Shown: positions 29,901-44,700 of the stretch, piece after piece
How positions within the stretch are numbered: position 1 is the stretch's first letter
How the letters are laid out: the number at the start of each line of letters is the position of its first letter
Assembly: GCF_006345805.1 (NCBI RefSeq)
Contig: NC_042998.1
Coordinates: forward strand, 56,048,001 to 56,112,000
DNA length: 64,000 bases
Direction of reading: 5' to 3'
Source of the DNA: Octopus sinensis
Lineage: Eukaryota
Program-made: the position numbers and the translations under genes
Notes under the pieces: model-generated
The model's input: only the letters and a program-made list of their open reading frames with translations
What the model was told of the DNA's origin: nothing
Databases searched by the model: none

Positions 29901-32266
29901 GCTCAGTACTTTCCAATTGAATGCAATATTCAGTCTTGTAGCATTTAATTTTGTCAAACTATATCTGAAGAAATCTTGTAATCTATATTAAACCTAGACT
30001 TGTTTTATCATTGTTGTTTTTTTGGGTTTTTTGTTGCAATAAACACAGTTTATGTTAGGTTAATGTGATAGATATAAAACCTAAACCTTGTGAATTAAGG
30101 TCTGTCTTTTTCACTACTTGATGGTGCACAGAATTTTTTTTTTATAAATGCTGAAAATTTTAAGATGAGGCTCTTAGTTCCTAAATTTTTCTTTTATATA
30201 ACTATATAAATTATTTACATTCATATATGTATTTCTATTGTACATTTAATTTTTGCATTTTTTTTATTCTTTGTTGCTGAATTTAGAAAAGGGCTGTGAG
30301 TAATATAATCCAAGTACTGATTAACATTTTTTTAAAAGTCTGAAATGCAACTGTATCAGATATGATAATATACACTATTCATTCAATGGCTATCAGTTTA
30401 ATATAAATTTTAAAAACCATCTACAATATTTAATTTCCCAAATATATTTGGTACATGTTGTGTAATTCAGAAGCTTTGCTTTAATTCTAAATTATTGTTA
30501 ACTTACTGATTTTTATGCTTTCGATAATAAATTAGGAATATGGTAATGCACTTACCCACTTAATATACTAACACTGTGACTGCAGCAAAATTCAAGTGTA
30601 GCTTAGTATATTCATTTTCATGAGTAGAGAGAAAGACAGCATCAGGTATATTTCAAAATGTTTTTCTTTCCCCTTTGAAGAAACGTACCAAAGCCTGTGA
30701 ATTTGAAGTCACGGATATTAAAGCTGCACGTAAAAAAAATCGCAAGACCAGAAGTCATGCACCTAATAGTCAGGTAGACCCTTTTTGTAGCAAGGACTTC
30801 ATAAGCTCCAAACTAAGGCAACTAACATTTAATGCTGCAGTCATGGTTGAGGCTGCTTGCAGGCCCTTGCTCAAACTGTTTTAGCTACTGTAGGATCTTA
30901 ACTAGGAAAGCTTAAATCTAATCTAATTTTACAATGCAGGACTCATTTTGAAAATATTTTGTTAACAATTAAAGATAGCATTTTGTTGGAATTTTTTAAA
31001 AACTATTTGTTCAGATATATTATTTATAATAGCTGTAAATTATTTAATCTAATACAAAAAAGATGTTCTTTTCTGATGTTTAGACAGATAGAATAATTTG
31101 ATATAGAAATATTTTCCAACATGAGTCTTAGCAATTAATATACTACTGAAGGTGTTAACTCCCCTCTTTAAAATCTTAAGTCATATACCCCTTTAAAAAA
31201 AATTATGGCACATTGTATAGACTTTAACTTTCAGTAACTTCTGTGCAATCAATTTTTTTTTTGGTTTTAGACTATGTTCTTTTATTTCTAGATTTATCAG
31301 TTTAAAGACTATCAGTATATATACATACTAATTTTGAATTTATTATATTATTGTTTTTCTATGCTGACAAGAGTTGGACAGATTTGCAATATATGTCACA
31401 ACTTATGATTTGTTTTGTAGTTTGATTTGTTTTCTTTCAAACAAATACTTAATCTTAGATGAGAGATTATGCAAATTCATAAAGAAAGTTTGTTTTTTTA
31501 ATGAATTTCAAATAAATTTTCCCCATATTTGAAGTGCACTTTGTATTACATATTTTATAACACCTTCAGAAGTGTATAAAGCTTTACATTTACTTATAAT
31601 AATGATATTTTATACTTTTGGGCTACTTCATATAAAAGGTTTATTTTTATATTACTTTTTCAAATCAGTTGTACACACAGGTAAACTTAAGATCTTTTTG
31701 ATATTTTGTATGAAGTTATTTTTCTACCCATGCAGATTGAATGGAATTCAGCATTAAATGATCAAGGTAAGAAATTTGTTAATATTTGTATGTTAGTGTT
31801 ATGATCTCATCTTTTATTTCTCAGGGTGAAATGGGTTTATCTGGTCTTCCTGGATACAAAGGAGAAAAAGGGAATCGAGGCAAGCGTGGACGCAAAGTAA
31901 TTAAGTTATTGATGATGCATGTATATTAGTTCAATATATTTTCTCTCATAGGAATCACTTTGGCATGTTCTAACTGATGTTGTTTTCATTGTTGCCTGGT
32001 ATAATAGTACCCAATTTGTTCTAGTGACATGTGATTTCTTTCCCCTAAATAATTCCTATGACATGCAAATTGATATCCAAATAGCTGTTTCATACAAGTA
32101 ATCATATAAATTACATGTGCAGGCACATGCACACATACACACATGCATATATTTATATATATACACACACACATATATATATACACACACATACATGTAT
32201 ATATACATTCACATATATGTATTTATATATATATATATAGACATACACACACATAAATATATTTAT

Positions 32267-32314
<48 letters not shown>

Positions 32315-32701
32315 TATATATAGACATACACACACATATATGTATATATACATACACACACATAATATGCATGCCTACATGCATATTAACACTAATTGTA
32401 CTTTGTTTAAATTTTATTTCCTTGGATGAAAAAATGATTTAACATAATGAAATAATGAAAATATACTAACAATTACTTTATTTTAATATCTACTCTTATA
32501 ATATCACCATAAACTTTTCAGCACCATTTTCATTTTTTTTGTGTATATTATCATTAATATATAAATATATTATGAGTGCATAATCTTCCTTCTTAGAAAA
32601 TAATAAAATAATAATTAACACTTAATGGAGAATTCCTTCTTTTATAATAGTTTGAAAAATGAAAGTAAAATTCTCAGTTTTTTAATTAACTAATACATAT
32701 A

Positions 32702-32739
<38 letters not shown>

Positions 32740-35700
32740 TAGTTAATTAAAAAACTAATATATATATATATAACTAATATATATAATATATATATATATA
32801 TAGTAACATCAGTATTTTTATAACATTCAAGTTAGTTGCAGGTAGAATATCCAACAGTAAAATTCTGTTTCTATGATTCATTAACATATCAAATTTTGCA
32901 AAATCAAATCTGTCTAAAAATTCCGAAAAGCAAGGTAGTTTTGTATAAAGCTGTAAATTTAAAGGTGTGTAAAATAAGATTATGTAACTTTTTTGCTTCT
33001 CTCAATGGCATTATTAAAATGTCCACTACCATCATAAGAAGGAAAATTAGAATATTCTTATAAATATTTATTAATTATGATAGCAGACAAAATAGAGATC
33101 ATGCAAGAGTTGTAGAACAATCTATTCCCTATATATAGGTGTGTTGATTTGGAAAATTTAATAAATCTATTTAAATTGCTATAAGTTTTACAGTTAGATG
33201 GACAGTTCATTGCTGTCCACTTAAAAAAATTAACGTACAAATATTTTCAGTTAGGTAGTTGAAGGCAAACATAATTATGTATTTTGATTATGGGCAAACT
33301 ATTTTAAAGTCTAAATTTTAACTTTACTGTCAGCAGTCCACCTTCTTAAACAGTTAAAAATATTCTTGCTATCATATATAGAATATTATAATATATTGAT
33401 TACTATGATTACTATTAACTGTCACCATTTTAGAATTTTAATTTACATTATCTGTACAATTCAAAATATATTTGATTAATTTTGGCAAATAAAAGATAAA
33501 AAGTATCATACTGGAATATTATAAAAAATTTCAATTTATTTTTTCAATCTTCAAAACCATTCAAAATGTTTATAATAAAAATGTAGTTGAGTATCATTAT
33601 AACTAAAAATATTTGAAGAGTAGAATAATCTAAAAATTATATTGTATTTCTAGTATGCTTATGATACAATTGGCTTATTTTCCTCTTTCTCTTTCCATCA
33701 ATAGTCCATTGCATGCAAAATATGCTACATACAATACTAAATGTTATCAGGTTTAGTCTTTCTTAGTTTACTTCTAGTGATACCTTACATATTCAGTTTG
33801 ATCACAGAATGTATCATCACTTCATAATGCATGCCTATACCAGCATAATTCTGCTAATGCTTCTGTTAACAATCAATCTCTTAATTGATTTTGCCATCAG
33901 CCTTTCTTTGCAAGTTATTTAACTTTGTCCCAACATGGTTACTTAGTTTATCACATCATATCTTCTACATCTATTCCTCCATGCTTTGCTGTTATACATT
34001 GTTACACTTTTTTACACAGTGTGCATTGTACAAGGTTTGGCTTCTGTTACCTCCTTCCTTGAGCCTATTCACTTTTTATGGCTCATTTATTAAAAATAAT
34101 ATTGCTTCACTAATTATTAAAATAACAAATTCTCACTGATCCTTTTAATTAAGCAAATATGTTGGTTCAAGTGTCTCCTTAAAACACTACTTGTGATCTT
34201 CTGGAGATCTTCATTTTCTTGGTTCTCATTAGTGGTGGTCTTTCTTTATCTCATTGAAGCTTCTTGAGCAGTCACTTATAATGAGTCTTTAAAATCTCTT
34301 TCCTCAATCACATGCATATCTGTCTCATTTTCTTGTCAAAAGTGATACTCATAAATACATAGCCATCCATACAAATGTTAAATTCATTTACTTTACAGAA
34401 CTCTATCTTATGTCCTATTCTTTCCTCATGTTGTATCTGCAAGCTCCATGTTCTCAACCCTGATCACTTTTTAAAAAATATTATCAGCTATCATTCAAAT
34501 TACCCACACTAGTGTGTCATAAACCCGAGTTTCTGTTTCATTCTTTTTTCACCAACTTAATATATTTTCATTATCTGTTCTTTTTTCTGCTAATGTACAT
34601 CACACCTTTAATTCCTGGACTATTTTGTACTCAAAAGAACCTATATCATTGTCAGGGATATTTCAGTCTGATGCAATATACTGCCTTGCATGTTCAACAC
34701 CTTCAAGTTACCTGTCTTCTAATAGCTAATTCTACCTTGCTATTCTGAGATAAATTAGTAAGGATGTTCATATGCTAAGTACTACCAGTTGAATATTCTT
34801 AGAATTGCTTCCAGAATTGCACTCCCCTAAATCTGTTTTATTTTTCATTAAATACAGTTAACTAGAACAAATAGTCAATTTGAATTAAAATAAGATTTAT
34901 TGATAATTTATATTTCTAATACAATAACAAAGTTCAGTTCTTAATTCCACAGAAACCTTTTTTGCTTCAATTTATTTGAACTTGAACTTAAAAGAACTAT
35001 GAAAGTAAAATTTATTTGCAACTTCAGGTTTTTTTTTTATTTCTAATTTAAAATTACCCACTTGTAAGTAAAAACTAACAAAATATTCACTACAAATAAT
35101 GTGTTTGAGCTTAATTCTAAACATGGGGATACACATCTTTCAAAACTGCTCAAGAAAAAACACATTTAAGGTAGCTAAAACCATTATTTCTAGTTTTACA
35201 AAGTTTTTTTTTTCTAAATATTTCTCAATATTGGCTTTCATTGTCTCACATAACATCTTTACTTCAGCAAATGAGTTTTCAGTCTTCCTTAAGCATTTCT
35301 CTGCTTGCTAACATCATTCTTGTCTCTTTGTAAGCATAGATTTTAACAATTATTGATGCTCGCTGTTTATTTTTTCTGTAATATTCTCAACCTAAATAGA
35401 TTTGACATTACCCTTTTCTCTGATCTGTTCTTGATTCTCAAATATTTTTGCTTTCAAAAACTCAATTTGCAAAAAAATTTTTCTAGTACAATTAAAATAC
35501 TTATATAATACTCTTCATTTCATTTGGTATAGGATGGAATCATATACAAAAAAAAATGAAAATGCTAATGAATACATTTTCTTTTCTTTCACTTTTAAAT
35601 ATATTATTTAAGGTATCTAATTTGTTTTTAAAAGGTGAAAATTTTTGTGTGTGTGTATGTACGTACACACAGCCACTACCAACAGCAGCATCATAAATCC

Positions 35701-38700
35701 GATTCCTTGCTATTGTTTTAGTATTTGCTCTTCGTTATTGGAATAAGTTAGACAGGTCCACTTTAGGGTATGTTTATGTACACCTGAGCTCTGCATCATC
35801 TAATCTGTTAAGATTAATACCATTAGATCTAATCTGATTACTGGGTTTCACTTCAGTGAGTTTTTTTCTAAATCTACAAGCTATCAATTTACAGCATATG
35901 TCAAGCAACATTATATGACAATATATTTGTAGGGTTTACTCTTACAAACATTAAGTAGTGCTTTTAATGCCAGTTTCTGTGTCAACTTGATTGGTCCCTT
36001 TCACATAACTGTTATTATTTAATGGAATATACTCGATAAATTCATTTCCACTTCGTCATTTCTCTTATTCTATCGCCTAAGTTTGCCCACTGACAGTGTC
36101 TCATTTTAGTTTACTTTTGTCAAAAGGATTTCATTGTCACCAATAGTGATACTCATGAAACTTGTCCTCTAAGCTAAGTACTATTTCTAGCATAAATAAT
36201 GTTTCAATTTAGACATCTGTAAAATCCTCTGTGTCTAGTACTTCAAATGATCTGATTTCCATCAATTAAGAATCTCAATAGACCTTGTATGTTGTTTGCA
36301 CCAATTATGCAATACTAATTTCTTATCTTCTGCTTTTGCTCTAGTTATGTAATATTAAGTTCTTATCTTCTGTTTTTTCTCTAGGGCCTATCTAGCAAAG
36401 ATTACCTTATGGTAATCTTTGCTGTTTACCATAAGGTCTTTTAACTCAAATTCGTTCTTTGACATTTAGAGCACTTTTATAGTTCTTGGATTAATTTTGC
36501 CATCATGACTGCATTGTAGATATGCAAAAACTCCAGCAAAAACAGCCTTTTTTATGATGGCCTCAAAAATAAAATAATGAAAAGGATCTGTAAACAAAAC
36601 CTTGACAAGTAACTACTTATACATTAAATTTCTCATTTAGCTCTATGCCTATCTTGACATTATTTTTCACCTTTGTTATACTTGGCTTGAACATCCTTCA
36701 TAAGCCATGCAGTCAGGCTTACTTTTACTGACTAGACTATGAAAATATACGCTCTTCAAAGTCAGCAAATACAAAATGGAGTTTTTGTTCTCTACCATAA
36801 ACTGTTAGTCTTGTTGATTCCTCATACAGACAAAACCTGCATCCTATTTGGTTGAGTGCTATCATGTACAAAATTCATAATTTGATTATTTAAACTTAGT
36901 AATTTTCTGTTTCTTGTACTTTGTCTTTAGCTTTGTAATAGTTAACAATACTCTTATCCCAGCCATTGAGAATAATTTTCTGAAAAAACTTACTGACCAA
37001 ATGAGTGACACTAACTAGATTAACAATTCATTGTTACTAGGAGCAAGTACTCCAGCATCACTTTCTGTTTCAGTACTAGTAACAAACATTCTAGTTTTTC
37101 ATCTTGTTATGCTTTTTCACATTGATGCTATATGCTTTTCTTAAGACTGTTCCTCTGTTTTATATATTATCTGACTTACCTATAACTCTAAGCCTTTATG
37201 AGCATTTGCTTGTGCATTAAGAAGCAGGTTCTTGTTTCAGCTTCCATTATATTTTTGTTAAAGTTAATATTTTTTCCTCTACTTTCAACTCTTTTCATCT
37301 GAAGTTGATTTTAAAATATATTTCTCTCTTGCATTAAACTTTTTCAACTATTTGTTTCTATTCTTGTATAGGGCAAAGCTGATCTGGTTGTTAGTACATT
37401 TACCTAGTAGATAACTATTTGACAGGCTAATATTCTGAACCTTGTGATGCTGATTATATATTGATTTATATTATCCAGCAGCCTTCTTTTTTTTTTCTAA
37501 ATGACTATAAAATCTGCCCATTAAACTACTTTCCTTGATATGGCCATTAAAATAAAACATTTATCTTTGAAACAACTTTATATATTAACATAAGATTTGT
37601 CTTCTCAATCTTTATTCATATCTACATATTGTATTCAATAAAAATCTTATGTATCACTTACGCATATGTGACACAGCTATTCACTTGTTTAATGGCCTAT
37701 AAAATTAACTTATTTACTCCTTTACTTTAAACTATTGAAATCTGAATTAACTTTTGCAATTTATTTACATGTAAAAACCATTATAAGACTATCAGTTATG
37801 ACATTAATTATTGTAAAATCAGGACAAAATAGCAGTTCTTTAGCATGAGAAAAGTTTTTTTTAAAGAAAATTAGCTTCAAAATAAATTAAATACTATTAA
37901 TCTTAGAAATCTTTATTATACATTTGTAATTAGAATATAAAAGTTGCCTATTAGAAATAATTTGTCTTTTTTATTTTAAATTTATTTAATTTCTTATACA
38001 ATAAGTTGCTAAATTACTTTAGAATATTTTTTTCCTAATTATAAGTTATTTTTCATTATATACATCATTTTTCAAGCACTCCATGTTGTTTTGTAGGTTT
38101 CTAAAAAATATTTCTTTAATGATGTCAGTATTATATAAGATCACAAGACAGCTTCTAAATATAATTTCAAGGTTTTATTTTATTATACATTATGTATTCA
38201 TTCTACATTTTTGATGAAATGATCTTGGAATTTTTTATGCAATCAACTAAATGTACAGGGGCGTCGAGGAGAAAAAGGTTACCTTGGGCCACCAGGTGAA
38301 ATGGGTATAACTGGTGCTATTGGGAAAACTGGTGCAAAGGGTTCATTGGGACTTCCTGGACCTCAGGTATGAATATGATTTTTATTTTTTTAAATTGAAA
38401 CTTTTAAAGTAATTTTTTTACACAGTTCATCATTTTTTTATCTGAAAATAGTTGTTCATAATCAGGGGAATATTATTTTTTAATATAGCAATAAGCAAAA
38501 GTAAAATTAATTGAAAAAGATTTTATAAATATACTAATTTCTTTACACTTCTCTTAATAAATATCTTTTTACATTGTGAGTGGTTATAATTTTATAAATT
38601 AATGAATGCCCTTAGGTTATTTGGGAAAAATGATAACACTCAAACCTCTTCAAGAATTGTTATTTAATAAATTTAGAACTTCCTTAGTTTGATGTGATAC

Positions 38701-41700
38701 AATTTTTGAAGAGATGACTCCATATATTTTAGAGGCTTTAGAAATATAATTCATAATGTATGAGAAAATTAACTAATTATACAAACTTACTTTGTTATTA
38801 CATTTTTCTTAGTTTTTTTCTATTGTCATTTAATGAATATATAATGATTTATATTTAAATGATATTTAAAATTATTTATATTCAATAATAACATTTATGA
38901 ATTTATTTGTAATTCATCACTAAATAACAATGTGAAACAGTTTTTAGGATTTATTTAACTTTTTACTTATTGTATATGATGGCATATATTCCCTACTAAT
39001 ATTTTCTATATTTGTAGGGAATATTAAATGAATTGTTAGTATTTTTAAGCAGTTAATATTTACTTAAATATGTAACTGCAGTATGGTAGGAAAAAAAACT
39101 CAGACAAAATATGCAACAAGGATTTCAGGAAAAATCTTGTCAATAATAATACTGATGAAAATATACAAAACAAAAAGTAACAGAAAATATTTTACATCTC
39201 TATCTGTAACAAGATACAAACAGAGATGAAAATATGAGTATATCAGGAAACCAGGCATGGAGAAAAGTCATTTACAGTGGAAAATTCTATATTTTACACC
39301 AGAGAAAGCATTTTCTATGCAATGGCTGTTTTCATATTTATTCATAAACTCTGCTTTTCATAAACCTTTAACACCAGTATTCTATTTCTGCAATGCCCTG
39401 AGTTTCTTGTTCTAATCTCCTAGCCTCATTAGATACCATTTTGGTAGAAACACATTTCTCTGTATACTCAATTATCACCTGATTTTTTAAACTTCTCATG
39501 TTCTAGCTGATGTCAAGCTGGGCAACCTTTAGTACTTTTACAGAGTTTACTCAGTTACATTCATTCAGACTAAGTCTCCAGTTTGAACATACCTTTCATC
39601 CAGCAGCATCAGTGTTATGTAGACTATGGGCAGTCTTCCCTCCTTATTGAAAGATAGAAAACAAATAGACATAACACATATTATACAAGAGCAAAAATAG
39701 ATACTGTTTACTTTTAATATTTGGATATTGAGCCAAAATATTCATCTCAGGATATCCACCTTCAGTTTCATAATAATTCTTTTTCTGTTTTTTTTTTAAT
39801 TAAAGTACCTAAAACAATAATGATGATGATGATGACTAGATAATATTACAATATTATCAAGTTCAGATTAGTAGATGTACCTATAGTCTATGGCATCTAG
39901 GTAAACATTAGTTTGTCAGATATTTCAGCATTGCATATAAGATCCAAAGTTTGAGAAATTTTAGACTGAGAAAAAGTGGGTAATATATGCCATCAAATAT
40001 GGTAACTGATTTTTATCTTCTTGTTCCTTAGAAAAATATTTTACATTCCTTATTTTGAATTTTAATAATATACCTCCATATTAATTTGTAAAACATCAAA
40101 CACAACAAGTAATTATTCTTCATAATATTTACCTTTCATGTTTTACAATAATAAAAAACGAATGGCCTAAAATAATTTTAGTGCACATAACTCTACAAAG
40201 TCATAATGTAGGACAAAGGACGTCATAAATTTTATAACTTAATTTTTCTTGCACTGATTTGAGCCATTTATTTTTTTATATTCATATTTATGTACCATTT
40301 CTATTGCCACTATCATCATCATCAACATCATAACATCTGTTTTCCATGCCATTGTGTCATGCAGCATTGCAGCAATCTATTGTCCTTCATTACTTTTACT
40401 ATGCATCCAGTTGATGACTAAGGACCAAGATGATTAGCTATTCATTGTGCTTGAGTAAACCCATCTGTCATAGTGAAAATAAGGTTCTAAAAGCATTATG
40501 TTTATGTCTGTGCACTCTATGAGCCTTACCCCTGCATCCAATCGGTCCCCATCAAGTCTCTCATTTCTTAACACCTATCCCTCCATCACTCTTCTAACTA
40601 CAGCACTGTTCAGTAATTATAGGAGAGCAAAATCTGCACATATTTCATCTTCCTGTGTACTATCAATTACCTCCCATCTCACTAGAACCACTTTATTTTC
40701 TACTGATCACTCTTTCTGTGCTGCCAGTTACTTCAGCTTCCCTTCTGAGATACATTGTTGGACTGCCATACCTTAACACCCCTCATATCTCCTATCATTC
40801 TCAACACCTCATACCTGCTGTTGATGCACACAACCCACTGTTTCCCTATATTCACTATAGCCCACCCCATATGCTTCTCACATCCCTCTATATCAGTAGA
40901 TCTCTCTCTCCTGATCAGCCACTGTAGGACACACTGTGACCCACCTTTTTCTCCTGTGTGATGTCCCAGTCATCATCGACAATGATGGACAAACATTACA
41001 TTAACCCCCCTCTCTCTCTCTCGCTCTCATACACACACATTCACACTAACTCCCTATTTTCTGATCTATCTACAGGTTTCTTATACTGCTGCTCTCTGCC
41101 TTTGTACTGCCTCTCATCACCTCCTCCTTCCTGAATCCTTATTATTTTCACCTCCACCTCCTGCTGATATTTACCATCAACCACACTGCCAGACTTGTTC
41201 ATTATTCACAACATTCATCCCCATATCTAACCATCTGTCATTCTCCTTTCACTTTTATGAACTCATTCACTCACACTTTGCCATCCTCTGTTTTCTCGCT
41301 TATACTCCTCTTCTTATACCTTGAAGATAGAATTTGACACATTTTTACCATTGTCTTTGTCTTCTTTCCAACTATTCCTACCCACCTTTTTAAAATGCAA
41401 GGTAGCCATGTATCTTCTCTATAACAAGATACCTGTGCTCATATCTCTATCATACCTGAGCTTTTCAAAAGCTGGCTTAAAACCACCTCCCTTTCTACTA
41501 CAACCTCACCTAGTTGGGGCTCTTTTCCTTTATATCTTGTGAGTTACTTGGCAACCTCACTTGTGTTGAAGTCATGAAAAAGCATCCACTACACTCTATG
41601 AAGTGGTTAGTATTAGGAAGAGCATCCAACTATAGAAATCATGGCAAAGCAAACATTGGAGCTCAATGCAATCCTCTAACTCATTGGATCCTGTCAAACC

Positions 41701-44700
41701 ATCCAACCCATACCAGCATGGAAGACAAATGTTAAAATGTTGTTGTTGATGATGATGACGAAGGTGATGAGGATATTTTCTTTCAAAGTTGAGAATTTAA
41801 TTTGTGGAGGATTTTTTGTCATCGAAAATATCCTCACATATGTAGAGAAACTCAGAGTAGTGACAGAAGTGAATCATCACTTCTGAATAATTAAGTAAAC
41901 TTTAGTACATGCTGTTGATACTTTTCCATCCATTTGTTTGTGTGTGTGTGCATGCATGTGTGTGTGTGTGTGCATGCATGTCTGTATGCGTGTGTGTGTG
42001 TGCGTGTGTGTGCGTGCGTGTATAAATCATTAATCTATATTATTAAATCACATTAACATTTTTTTACATTGTCTTCTACAGGGTCAGCCTGGTCCCCCAG
42101 GCATCCATGGTATAGATGGTTTGGATGGAAAGCCTGGAGAAGCTGGACCACCTGTGAGTGCTTTTCTTTGGGATATGCTATTGTAATTTTGAGGTAAACA
42201 ATAGTATGATTTGCAATTCTGTGTTTTCTCATAAGAAAAAAATTCCCACTGTGAGAATATGAGTTTTGTAATTGATAGCATTTTAGTGGGAATTGCACTT
42301 TTCTTGAGCCTGAGAAATTGAATACTGAAATTATATCGATAGTATAGAATTTATCTGACCATTTGTTTATTCAGTAGATTTAGAAATGTTGTGGAACGAT
42401 TCTATGCTCTGATGAGTACAATAAACATAGTGAAGACATTGTAAATTCTTTCATAATTCTATCAATACAGGCCATGTTTTACATTTGCAAATATATGTGT
42501 ATTACAATTTAATAAATACAGCACTTGGTTTTACAAGTGGCATCTTATAATAGAAACATGGCCAGAACCCTAATGATTCAAATACATGATATAAAATTGC
42601 TTGAATTTTCAACTATGCAATTGTAAGAAAATAAATAAGAATAGAAAGTAATGATGAATATATAAATTTTCACTTTATAAGAGTAATCCTGATTAAACAA
42701 TCCATGATTGTGTACAACTTTCAATACAGCATGAAATAAACAAAATCAAATGCATCCAGTTTCATACTAAAGCTATTTTTGTTCATTGCAAAGTTAAACA
42801 TAGAAAAGATACAGAAACACTATGACTTGAAGGTACTGTCTGATTGAAAATCTGAGTAATAATCAATCTTAGAACTTAATTACCTGCACTATCTAATTTC
42901 TTTGGATAGAATTTGTCTCTCATCTTCATATTGCCTTTATAATTCTCTCTTCTGAAAGACAACTTTTTTTTTCATCACTAATATCTGTAAACATAAAATC
43001 ATTGTCCTTTTTCTGAAAAGTAGTCAAATATGAAAGCAAGTTCAGTTGAATTTTTCTTCATTTCAAACAGTTATATAAGTTTTCAACATGTGTTCCTTTT
43101 CTGAAACTAGTTTGTGGTACAAAAACAATTCCCTGTTTTAATTTTTCCATTTGTCATTAATCTAGAAATAATATATGAGACACACCTATGTCATAGTCGT
43201 CACCATCATCATCATCACCATCATTATCATATTTTTTCCAACACTGTAGTCATTGTCTCTGTCATGAACAAGTCCTCTCTACTCTATACATTCATTATTT
43301 CCTATCACCATTGAATTTATAGCATAGACACAGTACCATGCCGCTAGAACTAGAGAGGTTGTTCATCAAAGTGCTAAAGAGTTTTCTCTATATTACATAA
43401 TTCTTATATTGAGTTTCTACTCTCCTTGACATGACTCTCCATAGTGTTAGGAAGAGATTTCTCAAACTAGAGGCTCACAGTGGAAATCTAGTACCATTGA
43501 GAACAATAGTTATCTATGTCATGTGGAGGGAGGACCAATTATAGATACTACCAGGATTAAATAGTGACACTACTTTTCAAGAATCCTATAGAAGCCCTGA
43601 ATAAAAGTTGACAGGTTTTTAATCAAGGTTCCTGCTCCTAAACAAATTGTCTTTGCTTTAGCTTGTTGAGTCCAGTTCTCTGTGCAATTATGACAGAACT
43701 CCTTTTATTGATACAGATCATCTGTGTTTAGTTTGGAGATCTGATAGTGTCTTTATAAATACTGGAGGGATGAAGGAACTAATAAATTACGTTAACCCAT
43801 TTACTATTGTATTTTTGATACATAATAGTTTTAACACCTATTTGAGTGAGCCATAGTTGTTTCCTTCTCAATAATTTTCTGACAGTTTCCACAATTATAG
43901 GAATGTTAATAGTTAATCCAATCTATATACACAACAACTAACACTTAAACATCTCAGAAACAAAAATGCTAGTTGCTTTTCAATATCTTTCAGCTAATTT
44001 GATGAGCTAGCAGCTTTACTTTTTAAGTTACCATTTAAGAGACTTTGTTATTACTTCAGTTTAACTGTCATAACAGCCTTTGGACAAGAGTGTTCTATTG
44101 ACAGTTTTCTATCATCCACTCAAGATTTCACCTATACCTTCTGCACTCATTATTGAATGAACAGCATATGAGATATTTTTTCTTATTTTTTTAGTAACAA
44201 TTTGAGAGAAAATGAACTGTTACCTAAATCAATGTTGAAGATATAATAACTCTTACCAGATTTCCAGATATACAATATTTACCATTCTAATTTGAGTTAT
44301 CTACTCATCAGAACTCTTCTTACAACTGAATGTAATCCAGCAAAAGAGCAAACTAATATTCATGGTAACCAACTAAATTCAAACAGAGAGCTTTTTATGG
44401 AAATTTTCCTGTTTTAATTACCCCAATAACATATTTCGAGTACTTATTCTCTTGCAGAATGACAGAAACAATCTTGACATATTTTGATTTGAAAATTTTG
44501 TGGAATTGATATAAATTATCAATTCCCTGATATTATGAATTATCTATTCTAGTATTCTGTTCTTCTTTGTTGATATATTTTATTTAGCAAACTGCATATA
44601 TTAAAGAATTCATTTTTAATAATAATTCTATTTTTAAAGTTTTTAACCTTGTTTCCACAGATAGAAAAAGGAAAAGCACTATAAAAATAGGAATAACTCT

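Noticed and set aside
30628-30645. Possible 18-nt microexon RERQHQ (tag|...cag|gtatat)
   Set aside because: Competing AG just upstream, weak donor, and only 35 nt from the next acceptor
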